Source of the DNA: Clostridia bacterium
GTDB taxonomy: Bacteria; Bacillota; Clostridia; Peptostreptococcales; Anaerovoracaceae
NCBI GenBank assembly: GCA_024403215.1
Contig: JAKSSJ010000001.1
Location: forward strand, 1 to 59,498
Direction: 5' to 3'
DNA: 59,498 bases
The notes beneath the pieces are model-generated. The model did not search any database. It was not told where the DNA came from and was given only the letters and a program-made list of their open reading frames with translations. Within the stretch, counting starts at the first letter, position 1. The number at the start of each line of letters is the position of its first letter. Below, piece by piece: positions 29,398 to 38,049 of this stretch. The position numbers and the translations under genes are program-made.

Positions 29398-31269
29398 ATG
29401 GAAACAAAAAATCTTGGACAATTTGATCTTATTGTAATAGGCGCAGGCCATGCAGGTTGCGAGGCCGCACTTGCTGCTGCAAGGATGGGAAAGAAAACTC
29501 TAATTCTTTCTATTAATCTTGAAGCTGTTGCAAACATGTTTTGTAATCCTGCTATAGGCGGAACAGGAAAAGGACATCTTGTTAGAGAGATTGATGCTCT
29601 CGGTGGCCAGATGGGTCTTTGCATTGATAAAACTTTTATTCAATCAAAGATGCTTAATGTAAGCAAGGGCCCTGCTGTTCATTCCTTAAGAGCTCAGGCA
29701 GATAAGAGGCGTTATCACGAAGAAATGAAACGCACTCTTGAAAGATGCGAAAATCTTCTTCTTAAACAAGGAGAAGTTATTGATATTGATTATGATGAAA
29801 ACGGAGTACATGGCGTACTTCTTAGAACGGGCGCATACTACGAAGCAAAAGCTGTAGTCATTGCTACAGGAACTTTTCTTGGCGGAAAAATATTTATTGG
29901 CGACAGCGTAGTAGAAAGCGGACCTAACGGTCTTGCGCCAAGTACTATGCTCGCAGATAATTTAAAGAAACGTGGATTTAAGCTTAGAAGATTTAAGACA
30001 GGAACTCCAGCAAGATGCTTAAAAGATTCTTTGGATTTTTCTAAGATGAAAATTCAAGAAGGCGATGAGCATGTTGTTCCATTTTCTTTTTTGAATAACG
30101 ATTTAGATAAAGAGCAGGTTCCTTGTTACCTTACATATACCAACGAAACAACTCACAAAATAATTAGAGATAATTTTTCAAGATCCGCTCTTTTTGGTGG
30201 ACAGATTGAAGGTATAGGTCCAAGATATTGTCCAAGCATAGAGAGCAAGATTGATAGATTTAAAGATAAAGAAAGACATCAGCTTTTTGTAGAGCCAGAA
30301 GGACTTTCAACTGATGAGATGTATCTTCAGGGTATGAGCACATCTCTTCCAGAAGATGTACAGGAGGCTTTCTATAAAACAATTCCTGGTCTTGAAAATA
30401 TCAGAATTACAAGAAGCGCTTACGCAATTGAATACGATTGCATTGATCCTTTAGATATGAAGCAGTCCCTAGAACATAGAGAAGTAAAAGGACTTTTCTG
30501 TGCAGGACAATTCAACGGATCAAGTGGTTATGAAGAAGCTGCAGCGCAAGGCCTTATGGCAGGAATAAATGCTGCGCTTTGGATTGATAAAAAAGAACCA
30601 TTTATTCTTGATAGATCAGAAGCATACATCGGTGTTCTCATTGATGACCTTGTTACTAAAGGAACTAACGAGCCATATAGAATGATGACAAGTCGTTGCG
30701 AATATAGACTCGTTTTAAGACAGGACAATGCAGATATGAGACTCACAGAAATGGGAAGAGAACTCGGTCTTGTTTCTGATGAAAGATACAAAAGATTTTT
30801 GGATGATAAAAAATCTTTTGAAGATGAAATGCAAAGATTAAATGATTTGCAAATTACTCCAACGATTGCAAATAAATTTTTAGAAGAGAGAGGCTCTGCC
30901 CTTCTTGACAACAGAATTTCTCTTGCAGAACTTTTAAAGCGTCCAGAATTTTCTTACGATGATTTAGAAGAGTTAGATCCTGATAGAAAAAAATTATCTT
31001 ATCATGTAAAAACAAAAGTTGAAGTTGCGATTAAGTATGCTGGTTATATTGATAAACAAATGCAGCAAATAGAACACTTCAAAAAACTTGAAACAAAAAA
31101 ACTTCCAACAGATATTGATTACATGAGTATTGATGGAATAAGAATTGAGGCAAGAGAAAAATTAAATCAATTTAAACCAACATCAGTTGGACAGGCATCA
31201 AGAATTTCTGGTGTCTCCCCTGCTGACATAAATGTACTGCTTGTTTATCTTGAAAGAATAAAAAAATAA
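29398..31269 (+). CDS. mnmG: tRNA uridine 5-carboxymethylaminomethyl modification enzyme MnmG
   Basis: ...[19 protein letters not shown]...GPRYCPSIE...; 623 aa. Confidence 0.96.
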   Translation: METKNLGQFDLIVIGAGHAGCEAALAAARMGKKTLILSINLEAVANMFCNPAIGGTGKGHLVREIDALGGQMGLCIDKTFIQSKMLNVSKGPAVHSLRAQADKRRYHEEMKRTLERCENLLLKQGEVIDIDYDENGVHGVLLRTGAYYEAKAVVIATGTFLGGKIFIGDSVVESGPNGLAPSTMLADNLKKRGFKLRRFKTGTPARCLKDSLDFSKMKIQEGDEHVVPFSFLNNDLDKEQVPCYLTYTNETTHKIIRDNFSRSALFGGQIEGIGPRYCPSIESKIDRFKDKERHQLFVEPEGLSTDEMYLQGMSTSLPEDVQEAFYKTIPGLENIRITRSAYAIEYDCIDPLDMKQSLEHREVKGLFCAGQFNGSSGYEEAAAQGLMAGINAALWIDKKEPFILDRSEAYIGVLIDDLVTKGTNEPYRMMTSRCEYRLVLRQDNADMRLTEMGRELGLVSDERYKRFLDDKKSFEDEMQRLNDLQITPTIANKFLEERGSALLDNRISLAELLKRPEFSYDDLEELDPDRKKLSYHVKTKVEVAIKYAGYIDKQMQQIEHFKKLETKKLPTDIDYMSIDGIRIEAREKLNQFKPTSVGQASRISGVSPADINVLLVYLERIKK

Positions 31270-31282
31270 TCTATTTAGTTAA

Positions 31283-31918
31283 ATGGAAAATATTTACAAA
31301 TTACTAACTGAATATATTTTAGACTGGAATGAAAAGATAAATGTTACTGCAATAAAGGATCCTGAAGAATTTTATGAAAAGAATATAAAGGATTCGCTTG
31401 CAATAACAAATAGACCAGAATATATTGCTGCAAAGAAGGTTTTAGACCTTGGAACAGGCGGCGGCTTTCCTGGCTTACCCCTTGCAATTTCAAGTCCAGA
31501 GAAAGATTTTATTTTGATGGATGCTGTGGGAAAGAAGCTAAAGGTTATAGATGATGTAGCCTTAAAGCTTGGTTTAAAAAACGTTACCACGGTGCATTCT
31601 AGAGCAGAGGATTATGTTTCACGTGAAACATTTGACCTTGTTGTTTCAAGGGCAGTGGCAAACATGTCTACCCTTTCTGAATACTGTCTTCCTTTTGTAA
31701 AGCTTGGCGGATACTTTATTGCTTACAAAACAGAAGATGCAAAAGAGGAAATAGCAGCTGCCTCAAATGCTATTAAGCTTCTTGGGGGTGAGCTGGCAGA
31801 GATTGCGGACAATGGAGAAGGCTCTAATGGGCACATATTTGTAATAATAAAAAAGGTCTCCCCTTCCCCTTCTAAATATCCGCGGAAGGCTGGAATTCCA
31901 AGCAAACAACCGCTATAA
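31283..31918 (+). CDS. rsmG: 16S rRNA (guanine527-N7)-methyltransferase RsmG
   Basis: ...VLDLGTGGGFPGLPLAI...VVSRAVA...; 211 aa. Confidence 0.93.
   Translation: MENIYKLLTEYILDWNEKINVTAIKDPEEFYEKNIKDSLAITNRPEYIAAKKVLDLGTGGGFPGLPLAISSPEKDFILMDAVGKKLKVIDDVALKLGLKNVTTVHSRAEDYVSRETFDLVVSRAVANMSTLSEYCLPFVKLGGYFIAYKTEDAKEEIAAASNAIKLLGGELAEIADNGEGSNGHIFVIIKKVSPSPSKYPRKAGIPSKQPL
31615..31630. other. parS site 1 (inside rsmG)
   Basis: Exact TGTTTCACGTGAAACA, the perfect palindromic form of the Firmicute parS consensus. Confidence 0.85.
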
Positions 31919-31927
31919 CACAAAGGA

Positions 31928-31943
31928 TGTTTCACGTGAAACA
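31928..31943. other. parS site 2, embedded in the rsmG terminator hairpin
   Basis: Exact TGTTTCACGTGAAACA within GGATGTTTCACGTGAAACATCC, followed by TTTTTCTTTT. Confidence 0.85.
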
Positions 31944-31962
31944 TCCTTTTTCTTTTGATTCT

Positions 31963-32402
31963 TTTTCAGGGAGAAAGCGTACTAATACTTCTTCGGGAGG
32001 CAGGTCCTCGCGCTGGGCTGAATTGCAATCCTGGAAACGTCAGCACGCTCTTATTTTCAGGGAGAAAGCGTACTAATACTTCTTCGGGAGGCAGGTCCTC
32101 GCACGCTGTTAAACTAACGGCTCTGCTCGCTGCTCTCGTCGAAAGGGCTCCTTCGCGACGCTCGCATCGCCGAGTTTAAATACGCTTTGCTGTGGAGGCT
32201 CCCTCATAAGCATTAGCACGCTTTCCCCCTTGAAAAATGAGGCATAAGTGATATATGGCTTTCCGAACGACTTCGCGTAGTGACCGTTTTGCAACACTGC
32301 GAGGCGCCCGTAGCGAGACGTCCGCCTTCCGGCGCGAGCAGGGCGCCAAGCAGATGTTGCACAGGGCACGCAGCGGCAAGTGAGGAAGGTCATGTATCAC
32401 TT
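31963..32402. repeat. GC-rich structured non-coding repeat cluster
   Basis: Exact 49-nt direct repeat at 31963-32011 and 32054-32102, a diverged inverted copy at about 32194-32238, and a nested rod-like hairpin at 32246-32402. Confidence 0.85.
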
Positions 32403-32437
32403 CTGCCTAAATTAAATTTAAGAGGAAAGCGGTTGAT

Positions 32438-32453
32438 TGTTTCACGTGAAACA
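32438..32453. other. parS site 3 (upstream of parA)
   Basis: Exact TGTTTCACGTGAAACA, 34 nt upstream of the parA ATG. Confidence 0.85.
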
Positions 32454-32486
32454 TATATAATGAAGGTACGATTAAAGGAGATCACT

Positions 32487-33263
32487 ATGGGAAAAGCAAT
32501 AGCAATCTTTAACCAAAAAGGCGGTGTAGGCAAAACAACAACAAACATTAACCTCGCAGCCTGCCTTGCACTCAAAGGTAAGAAGGTCTTAGTAATAGAT
32601 ATTGACCCTCAAGGTAATACAACCTCAGGTCTTGGAATTCCAAAGAAAGACCTTGGTAACACAAGCTATGATTTAATGATTGAAGAGGACATAAATCCCC
32701 TCTCCACTATCTATCATACAAGTGTAAGAAATATGGATATAATTCCAGCAAGCGTAGATCTTGCCGGAGCAGAAATAGAACTTGTAGAAATTGATGGCAG
32801 AGAAAGAAGACTGGAGAAAGCCTTAAATGCAATAAGGCCACTTTATGATTACGTCTTTATTGATTGTCCACCAAGTCTTTCGCTTTTAACAATCAACGCT
32901 CTTACTGCGGTAGATTCAGTACTGATTCCTATTCAGTGCGAGTTCTATGCACTTGAAGGAGTAACTCAGCTTGTTAGCACAATTGAACTTGTAAGAAAGA
33001 GCTTTAACCCTTCAATTAAAATTCAGGGCGTAATTCTTTCCATGTTTGATGGCAGAGCAAACCTATCCATTCAGGTTGCGGAAGAAGTTAAAAAATTCTT
33101 TGGAAGCAAGCTTTATGCTACAGTTATTCCAAGAAACGTTAGACTTGCAGAAGCACCAAGCTATGGTCTTCCAATTACAAGTTATGATCCACATTCTAAA
33201 GGCGCAAGAGCCTATATGGCATTTGCAGATGAGTTCCTTGAGGCGGAGGTAAATAATGGCTAA
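32487..33263 (+). CDS. parA: ParA/Soj family chromosome partitioning ATPase
   Basis: MGKAIAIFNQKGGVGKTTT... preceded by RBS AAAGGAG. The track ORF start (32280) adds an implausible GC-rich extension. Confidence 0.93.
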   Translation: MGKAIAIFNQKGGVGKTTTNINLAACLALKGKKVLVIDIDPQGNTTSGLGIPKKDLGNTSYDLMIEEDINPLSTIYHTSVRNMDIIPASVDLAGAEIELVEIDGRERRLEKALNAIRPLYDYVFIDCPPSLSLLTINALTAVDSVLIPIQCEFYALEGVTQLVSTIELVRKSFNPSIKIQGVILSMFDGRANLSIQVAEEVKKFFGSKLYATVIPRNVRLAEAPSYGLPITSYDPHSKGARAYMAFADEFLEAEVNNG

Positions 33264-34218
33264 AAAGTCTGGTCTTGGAAGAGGACTGGGATCGTTATTT
33301 GGCGATAACAATATAACCCAGACTCCAGTTTCTATAATCGAAGACAAAAAAACTGAAGAAAAAAAGCCTGCAAGCGCAAAGAGTGCTGCCCCAAAAACAA
33401 CTAAGGCTCCTGCAAAAACAGAAGAAAAAAATGATGCAGCAGAAAAGGTTGTATACATTGGAATTTCAGACATTAAGCCTAATAGCGCACAGCCAAGAAA
33501 AATATTTTCTGAAGAGGCTTTAGAGGAACTTGCAAACTCCATCAAGGAGAACGGACTCATTCAGCCAATACTTGTTCGACCTGCAAAAAAAGGCTATGAA
33601 CTTGTTGCCGGTGAAAGAAGATGGAGAGCTGCAAGAAAAGCAGGCCTTAAATCTATCCCTGCAATTATTAGAGATCTTGACGAAAGACAGAACGCTTTTT
33701 ATGCGCTCATTGAAAATATGCAGCGCGAGGATCTTAATATTTTAGAAGAAGCTCAGGGCATTGATGAGATTATAACCAAATACGAGCTTACCCAGGACGA
33801 GGCAGCTAAAGCCGTTGGTAAATCAAGGTCTTACGTAACTAACGCTCTTAGAATTTTAAAGCTTCCAAAAGAAGTCCAAGAGCTTGTAAATTCAAAGAAG
33901 CTTTCAGCTGGACATGCAAGAGCTATTGCTGGTCTTGCTACAGAAAAGCTTCAGATAGAAGCTGCAGAAAAGGCTGCAAAGGAAGGCTGGTCTGTAAGAC
34001 AAATCGAAAGCTATACCGGTGCAGTTTCTACTCACAAGAAGAGAGGCAGATCTGCTGGCAGGGTTAAAGACGTTGAAATTAAAAGCGTTGAGGAAAGGCT
34101 TTCAAGGACAATTGGCACTAAGGTAATCATCAACGGAACCGAGAAAAAGGGAAAGATTGAAATCCAGTACTATTCAAGAGAAGAATTAGACAGATTGGTT
34201 GATTTCCTTGGGGAATAG
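33256..34218 (+). CDS. parB: ParB/Spo0J chromosome partitioning protein
   Basis: MAKKSGLGRGLGSLF...PNSAQPRK...LIQPILVR...GERRWRAA... Confidence 0.93.
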   Translation: MAKKSGLGRGLGSLFGDNNITQTPVSIIEDKKTEEKKPASAKSAAPKTTKAPAKTEEKNDAAEKVVYIGISDIKPNSAQPRKIFSEEALEELANSIKENGLIQPILVRPAKKGYELVAGERRWRAARKAGLKSIPAIIRDLDERQNAFYALIENMQREDLNILEEAQGIDEIITKYELTQDEAAKAVGKSRSYVTNALRILKLPKEVQELVNSKKLSAGHARAIAGLATEKLQIEAAEKAAKEGWSVRQIESYTGAVSTHKKRGRSAGRVKDVEIKSVEERLSRTIGTKVIINGTEKKGKIEIQYYSREELDRLVDFLGE

Positions 34219-34246
34219 CAGCTAAAAACATATTAAATCATTAAAT

Positions 34247-34276
34247 AGCGATGGCTTTGCGCCATCGCTGTTTTGT
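34247..34276 (+). terminator. Rho-independent terminator after parB
   Basis: AGCGATGGC-TTTGC-GCCATCGCT followed by GTTTTGTT. Confidence 0.65.
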
Positions 34277-34431
34277 TGGACAAATCACTGACAAATCCAG
34301 GAAATCCTGCTTTAACTTTTTTCTTATATATTTTATAATATTATCAATATGAAAATAAAAAACGGGACACTTTTCAGAATGAGGATGACAAAGTGTTCTC
34401 TTTTGGATTACACGGAAAGGATAATACAAAA

Positions 34432-37400
34432 ATGAAAAAATTCCTATGTTTGATTCTGAGTGTTTGTATGTTGGTAACATTTATGCCAACTGCAATCTTC
34501 GCAGAAGATGAGGGTGAAAACATCTCATTGCTACTCAACAACGGAAAGTTAGTAGCAGAAAAAATTTCAAACCCTACACATGGTGAACGTGAAGCCGATG
34601 GTCTTGTAGAAGGCGGCGACAGAATGAACAGCTATGCGTGGTCCATGACAAGATTAGGCGATTACGTGTACATTGGAAGCAATCGCAATCTTATCTATTC
34701 AGCAGTTTATTCTGAATTGAACAGAATGATAACAGAAGGAGAAATAGAGCTTGCATCATCAACAGATCTAAACAAGTCAATGGAAACATTAGCAAAAGCT
34801 GTTGATGTTGCTACAGCGGGAGATGTATACACGGACTGCACTATTGATCAGTTTGTTTATGCTGTTATCGTTCGCTACAACATAAAGGACGGAACAATAG
34901 AAAAATGTTTTGATGCTGCGGAAAATGCCTTAGATAATCCGTTCTATAATAATCCTGAACTTTTTGCTATAGGAAATAATTTTGTTACAGATATGGCGCA
35001 AGGTGTTGATGTTAAGCAAGCTCTTTATAAGATGGTAGCATCAACAACTGATTTGTATACAAATAGTGGGGAAGCTGAACCGCCTACGAAGGCAGCTATA
35101 ACATGTGGTGAGATAACAGATCTTTTAAAGGCATTGCAAGGCAGTGGCAGCACAGGAGAAGGTTTGCCTGAAAAGTTGATCTATACACCAAAGATTCCAA
35201 TTGCACCATATTCAAATATTATTGGTTTTAGAGCAGCACAAACTTTTAAAAACAAGGCTATCTTTAACGCTACGTATTACGGAACAACAATGGCAGATAC
35301 AACGAGTGGTTTTCTTGCAATAACAGAAACGACAGACGGAGCAGTAAGTATTGAGCCAGTATTTACAAACGTAGAAGCCACATTTAGCCTTAGAGCAATG
35401 GGGCTTTCTAAAGATGGAGATACTTTGTATATCGCAGGTGCATCAAAAGCTACTAGCGGTGAGTTCTCGGTAAACCTCTTTAAATCAGAAAATGGTGAAA
35501 CGCTAGAACAAATAGCTCCAGCTGGAACAGAACCAGGAACCCCAATAGGAAAACTTCCAGCAGAAATACGTTCATTTGGCGGTGATGTCTGGGATGTGAT
35601 TGAATATGACGGAGATTTATTCGTCACAGTTATGACTCTTGCAGGAGCCGTAGTTTATAGAGGAAGGCTTGGCGAAGACGGATGGACATTTACCGTATTT
35701 GCTGGAAATGAAGAAATAAACGGAGAGGCTGGAAAGTATGCTGTTTATCCAATAGGATTCGGAGTCCCAGAGTATTATGCAGTAACACCAGTAGAGTTTA
35801 AAGGAGATTTATATTTCTTAACCTTTGCAAATGCATATGACCCTGTGTTCTGGGCAACAGAAGGCGTGCTCTTCTCATACCTAAAGAAAGACATAAGCGT
35901 GCTTTTCAAAGAAATGGAAAGCATCGAGCGTTCGTTTGATAAACAAACAGCGATTTATCGTTTGACAAAAAATGAGGCTGGAAACGAAATCCTTCAAATG
36001 GTTGTTGGCGACAGAACAGATATTGTACCATATATCCAATATAAAGCAACGAAAGGATCTGGATTTAATAATAAAGACTTTGGTACAACTCTCTATAACT
36101 GGAGAGCAGCAGTATACAATGGCCAGTTATATGTTGGAACGTTTGATTCATATCAATTACTTAAGCTTACAACTATTTTTACAAATGGTGATTTGCTCCA
36201 GTTAGATGCAGAAACATTCTCTAACGAGTTAGATGAAATCTTAGAATTGCTGGATGATTTAACAAATCTGAATGTTAAACAGTATGAAGGACTTAAGACC
36301 TATATTGTTCAAATGCAGCAGATGCTAAAGTTGACAGAGCCATATTCAACAGAGGCTATTAACTGGTTCCTTTCACACATAAAAGAAATCAAGGCTCTTG
36401 TTAAGACCCTTGAGGGCCTTGCGTTCACAGCATCGTCACTATCTAAATTACCTGTTGTAAGGTCAATTTATGCAAGGCTAGCATTTGCTTTGGACGGATT
36501 ATACCATACGCTTGACTCTATAGATGTTGAGGGACTTAGCACATATGTAAGAGTTTCAAAAACAATTGCAGCAAATGATAACCCTGGATTTGAACTTTAT
36601 AGAACAAAAGACGGAATCTTCTATGAAACGCTTGCAGTAAATGGTTTCAATGATAAATACAACTACGGTGTAAGAACACTGTTACCTATTGAAAACGAAC
36701 ACGAAGGCAGTGGCTTGCTGCTTGGTACAGCAAATCCATTCTACGGAGCACAGCTTTGGAAGATTGTAGAATTCTGCGATGAGGATGAGCATGTTTATGA
36801 TGGCTACTGTGACGAAAACGGATACGGCAGATGCGTCAAATGCGGATGGTATTGTTTCCACGATGAATATATTGATGGAATTTGTACAACTTGCGGACAT
36901 GAATGCCAACACGAAGATCATGGCACAGACTGCATTTGCACAGTATGCGGCAAGACGGGAATTGCTCATAAATATAGCGATGGTGTTTGCACAGTTTGCG
37001 GATATGAGTGCACACACAGCTGGTCTAACGGCAAGTGCACAGTTTGCGGAGTAACATGCAACCATCCAAGCCACGACCAAAAGGGCGTTTGTGCAGTTTG
37101 CGGAAAGACAGGAATTGCTCATACATATAGCAAGGGTACTTGCACAGTATGCGGAGCAGTAGAGCCACAGCCAAAGCCACAGCCACAGATCATTGTTTGG
37201 GGCGGCGGAGACAGCACACCAGCTAAGCCAACTCCAAAGAAATATGTTGTTAACGTTACAAAAGGAGTAACAGCAGATGTAGTCAGTGCAGCAAAAGGTG
37301 ATACAGTAACATTAATGCTTGATGCATTATATAGAGTTCCTGTAATTAAGGATGCAAATGGAAAGGTTATTTCCTATTCAAGAAACGGAAAGACCATAGC

Positions 37401-38016
37401 ATTCACTATGCCAGATTCAGAAGTTACTATTACAGTAATGTGCTCAAGAGATGCAAATTGCCCACTTACAGTTTACGATGATGTTGATCTTTCAAGATGG
37501 TATCATGACGGAATTCAGTACTGCCTCGAAAACAACATTATGCAGGGACTCACAGATACAAGCTTTGGTGTTAACTCACCAGCAACAAGAGGACAGTTCA
37601 TTACAATGATCTGGAGAATTGCTGGAGCACCAAGAGTAACAGGCGTAGATCTTAAGTTTAAAGACATTAAGACAACAGCATTCTACATGGACGCTCTTCG
37701 CTGGGCTATCAAGAATAATATCATCACTGGTATCACAGAAGATACATTTGGTCCATATGTAGAAGTAACAAGAGAGCAGATTGCTACAATGCTTTACAGA
37801 TATGCAAATCTTAAGGGAGAAAAGTACGAAGGAAATGTAAACAGTATTCTTCCTTATGTCGATGTAAATAAGATTGGCAAATTCTCTAATGAAGCAGTTC
37901 ACTGGGCTGTAGAAGAAGGACTCCTCAAGGGAAAGACAGCTACAGAACTTGATCCAAAGGGCATTGCAACAAGAGCAGAAGCAGCAGGACTTACACAAAG
38001 ATTTTGCGAAAGATAA
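34432..38016 (+). CDS. large secreted cell-surface protein: unknown N-terminal domain, Cys-rich CxxCG repeat region, Pro/Gln linker, Ig-like segment, three C-terminal SLH domains
   Basis: Signal peptide MKKFLCLILSVCMLVTFMPTAIFA; repeated C[TA]VCG motifs at 36772-37160. The C-terminus carries three SLH-like units (..WYHDGIQYCLENNIMQG.., ..AFYMDALRWAIKNNIITG.., ..EAVHWAVEEGLLKG..). Confidence 0.8.
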   Translation: MKKFLCLILSVCMLVTFMPTAIFAEDEGENISLLLNNGKLVAEKISNPTHGEREADGLVEGGDRMNSYAWSMTRLGDYVYIGSNRNLIYSAVYSELNRMITEGEIELASSTDLNKSMETLAKAVDVATAGDVYTDCTIDQFVYAVIVRYNIKDGTIEKCFDAAENALDNPFYNNPELFAIGNNFVTDMAQGVDVKQALYKMVASTTDLYTNSGEAEPPTKAAITCGEITDLLKALQGSGSTGEGLPEKLIYTPKIPIAPYSNIIGFRAAQTFKNKAIFNATYYGTTMADTTSGFLAITETTDGAVSIEPVFTNVEATFSLRAMGLSKDGDTLYIAGASKATSGEFSVNLFKSENGETLEQIAPAGTEPGTPIGKLPAEIRSFGGDVWDVIEYDGDLFVTVMTLAGAVVYRGRLGEDGWTFTVFAGNEEINGEAGKYAVYPIGFGVPEYYAVTPVEFKGDLYFLTFANAYDPVFWATEGVLFSYLKKDISVLFKEMESIERSFDKQTAIYRLTKNEAGNEILQMVVGDRTDIVPYIQYKATKGSGFNNKDFGTTLYNWRAAVYNGQLYVGTFDSYQLLKLTTIFTNGDLLQLDAETFSNELDEILELLDDLTNLNVKQYEGLKTYIVQMQQMLKLTEPYSTEAINWFLSHIKEIKALVKTLEGLAFTASSLSKLPVVRSIYARLAFALDGLYHTLDSIDVEGLSTYVRVSKTIAANDNPGFELYRTKDGIFYETLAVNGFNDKYNYGVRTLLPIENEHEGSGLLLGTANPFYGAQLWKIVEFCDEDEHVYDGYCDENGYGRCVKCGWYCFHDEYIDGICTTCGHECQHEDHGTDCICTVCGKTGIAHKYSDGVCTVCGYECTHSWSNGKCTVCGVTCNHPSHDQKGVCAVCGKTGIAHTYSKGTCTVCGAVEPQPKPQPQIIVWGGGDSTPAKPTPKKYVVNVTKGVTADVVSAAKGDTVTLMLDALYRVPVIKDANGKVISYSRNGKTIAFTMPDSEVTITVMCSRDANCPLTVYDDVDLSRWYHDGIQYCLENNIMQGLTDTSFGVNSPATRGQFITMIWRIAGAPRVTGVDLKFKDIKTTAFYMDALRWAIKNNIITGITEDTFGPYVEVTREQIATMLYRYANLKGEKYEGNVNSILPYVDVNKIGKFSNEAVHWAVEEGLLKGKTATELDPKGIATRAEAAGLTQRFCER

Positions 38017-38049
38017 TATAAACTATAGTTTTTGAAAGAAGGTATTATT

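Noticed and set aside
31963-32102. The 49-nt direct repeats as a CRISPR array.
   Set aside because: There are only two direct copies plus one inverted, diverged copy, with a 42-nt unique spacer, no further periodicity and no cas genes anywhere in the window.
31955-32486. Track ORFs 31955-32179 (+), 32109-32393 (-), 32176-32400 (-) and the 5' 207 nt of ORF 32280-33263 as protein-coding genes.
   Set aside because: They have no RBS, and their Arg/Ala/Cys/Ser-rich translations are typical of reading through GC-rich repeats in several overlapping frames. The real parA start, with RBS and the MGKAIAIFNQKGGVGKTT N-terminus, is at 32487.
33063-33560. The 165-aa minus-strand ORF across the parA/parB junction.
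   Set aside because: It is antisense to two well-supported genes and has no RBS.
36682-37122. ORFs 36682-37122 (-) and 36779-37054 (+, alternative frame) within the Cys-repeat region.
   Set aside because: They are frame-shifted or antisense readings of the tandem TGCACAGT(A/T)TGCGG repeats. The long frame with signal peptide and SLH domains is the coherent one.
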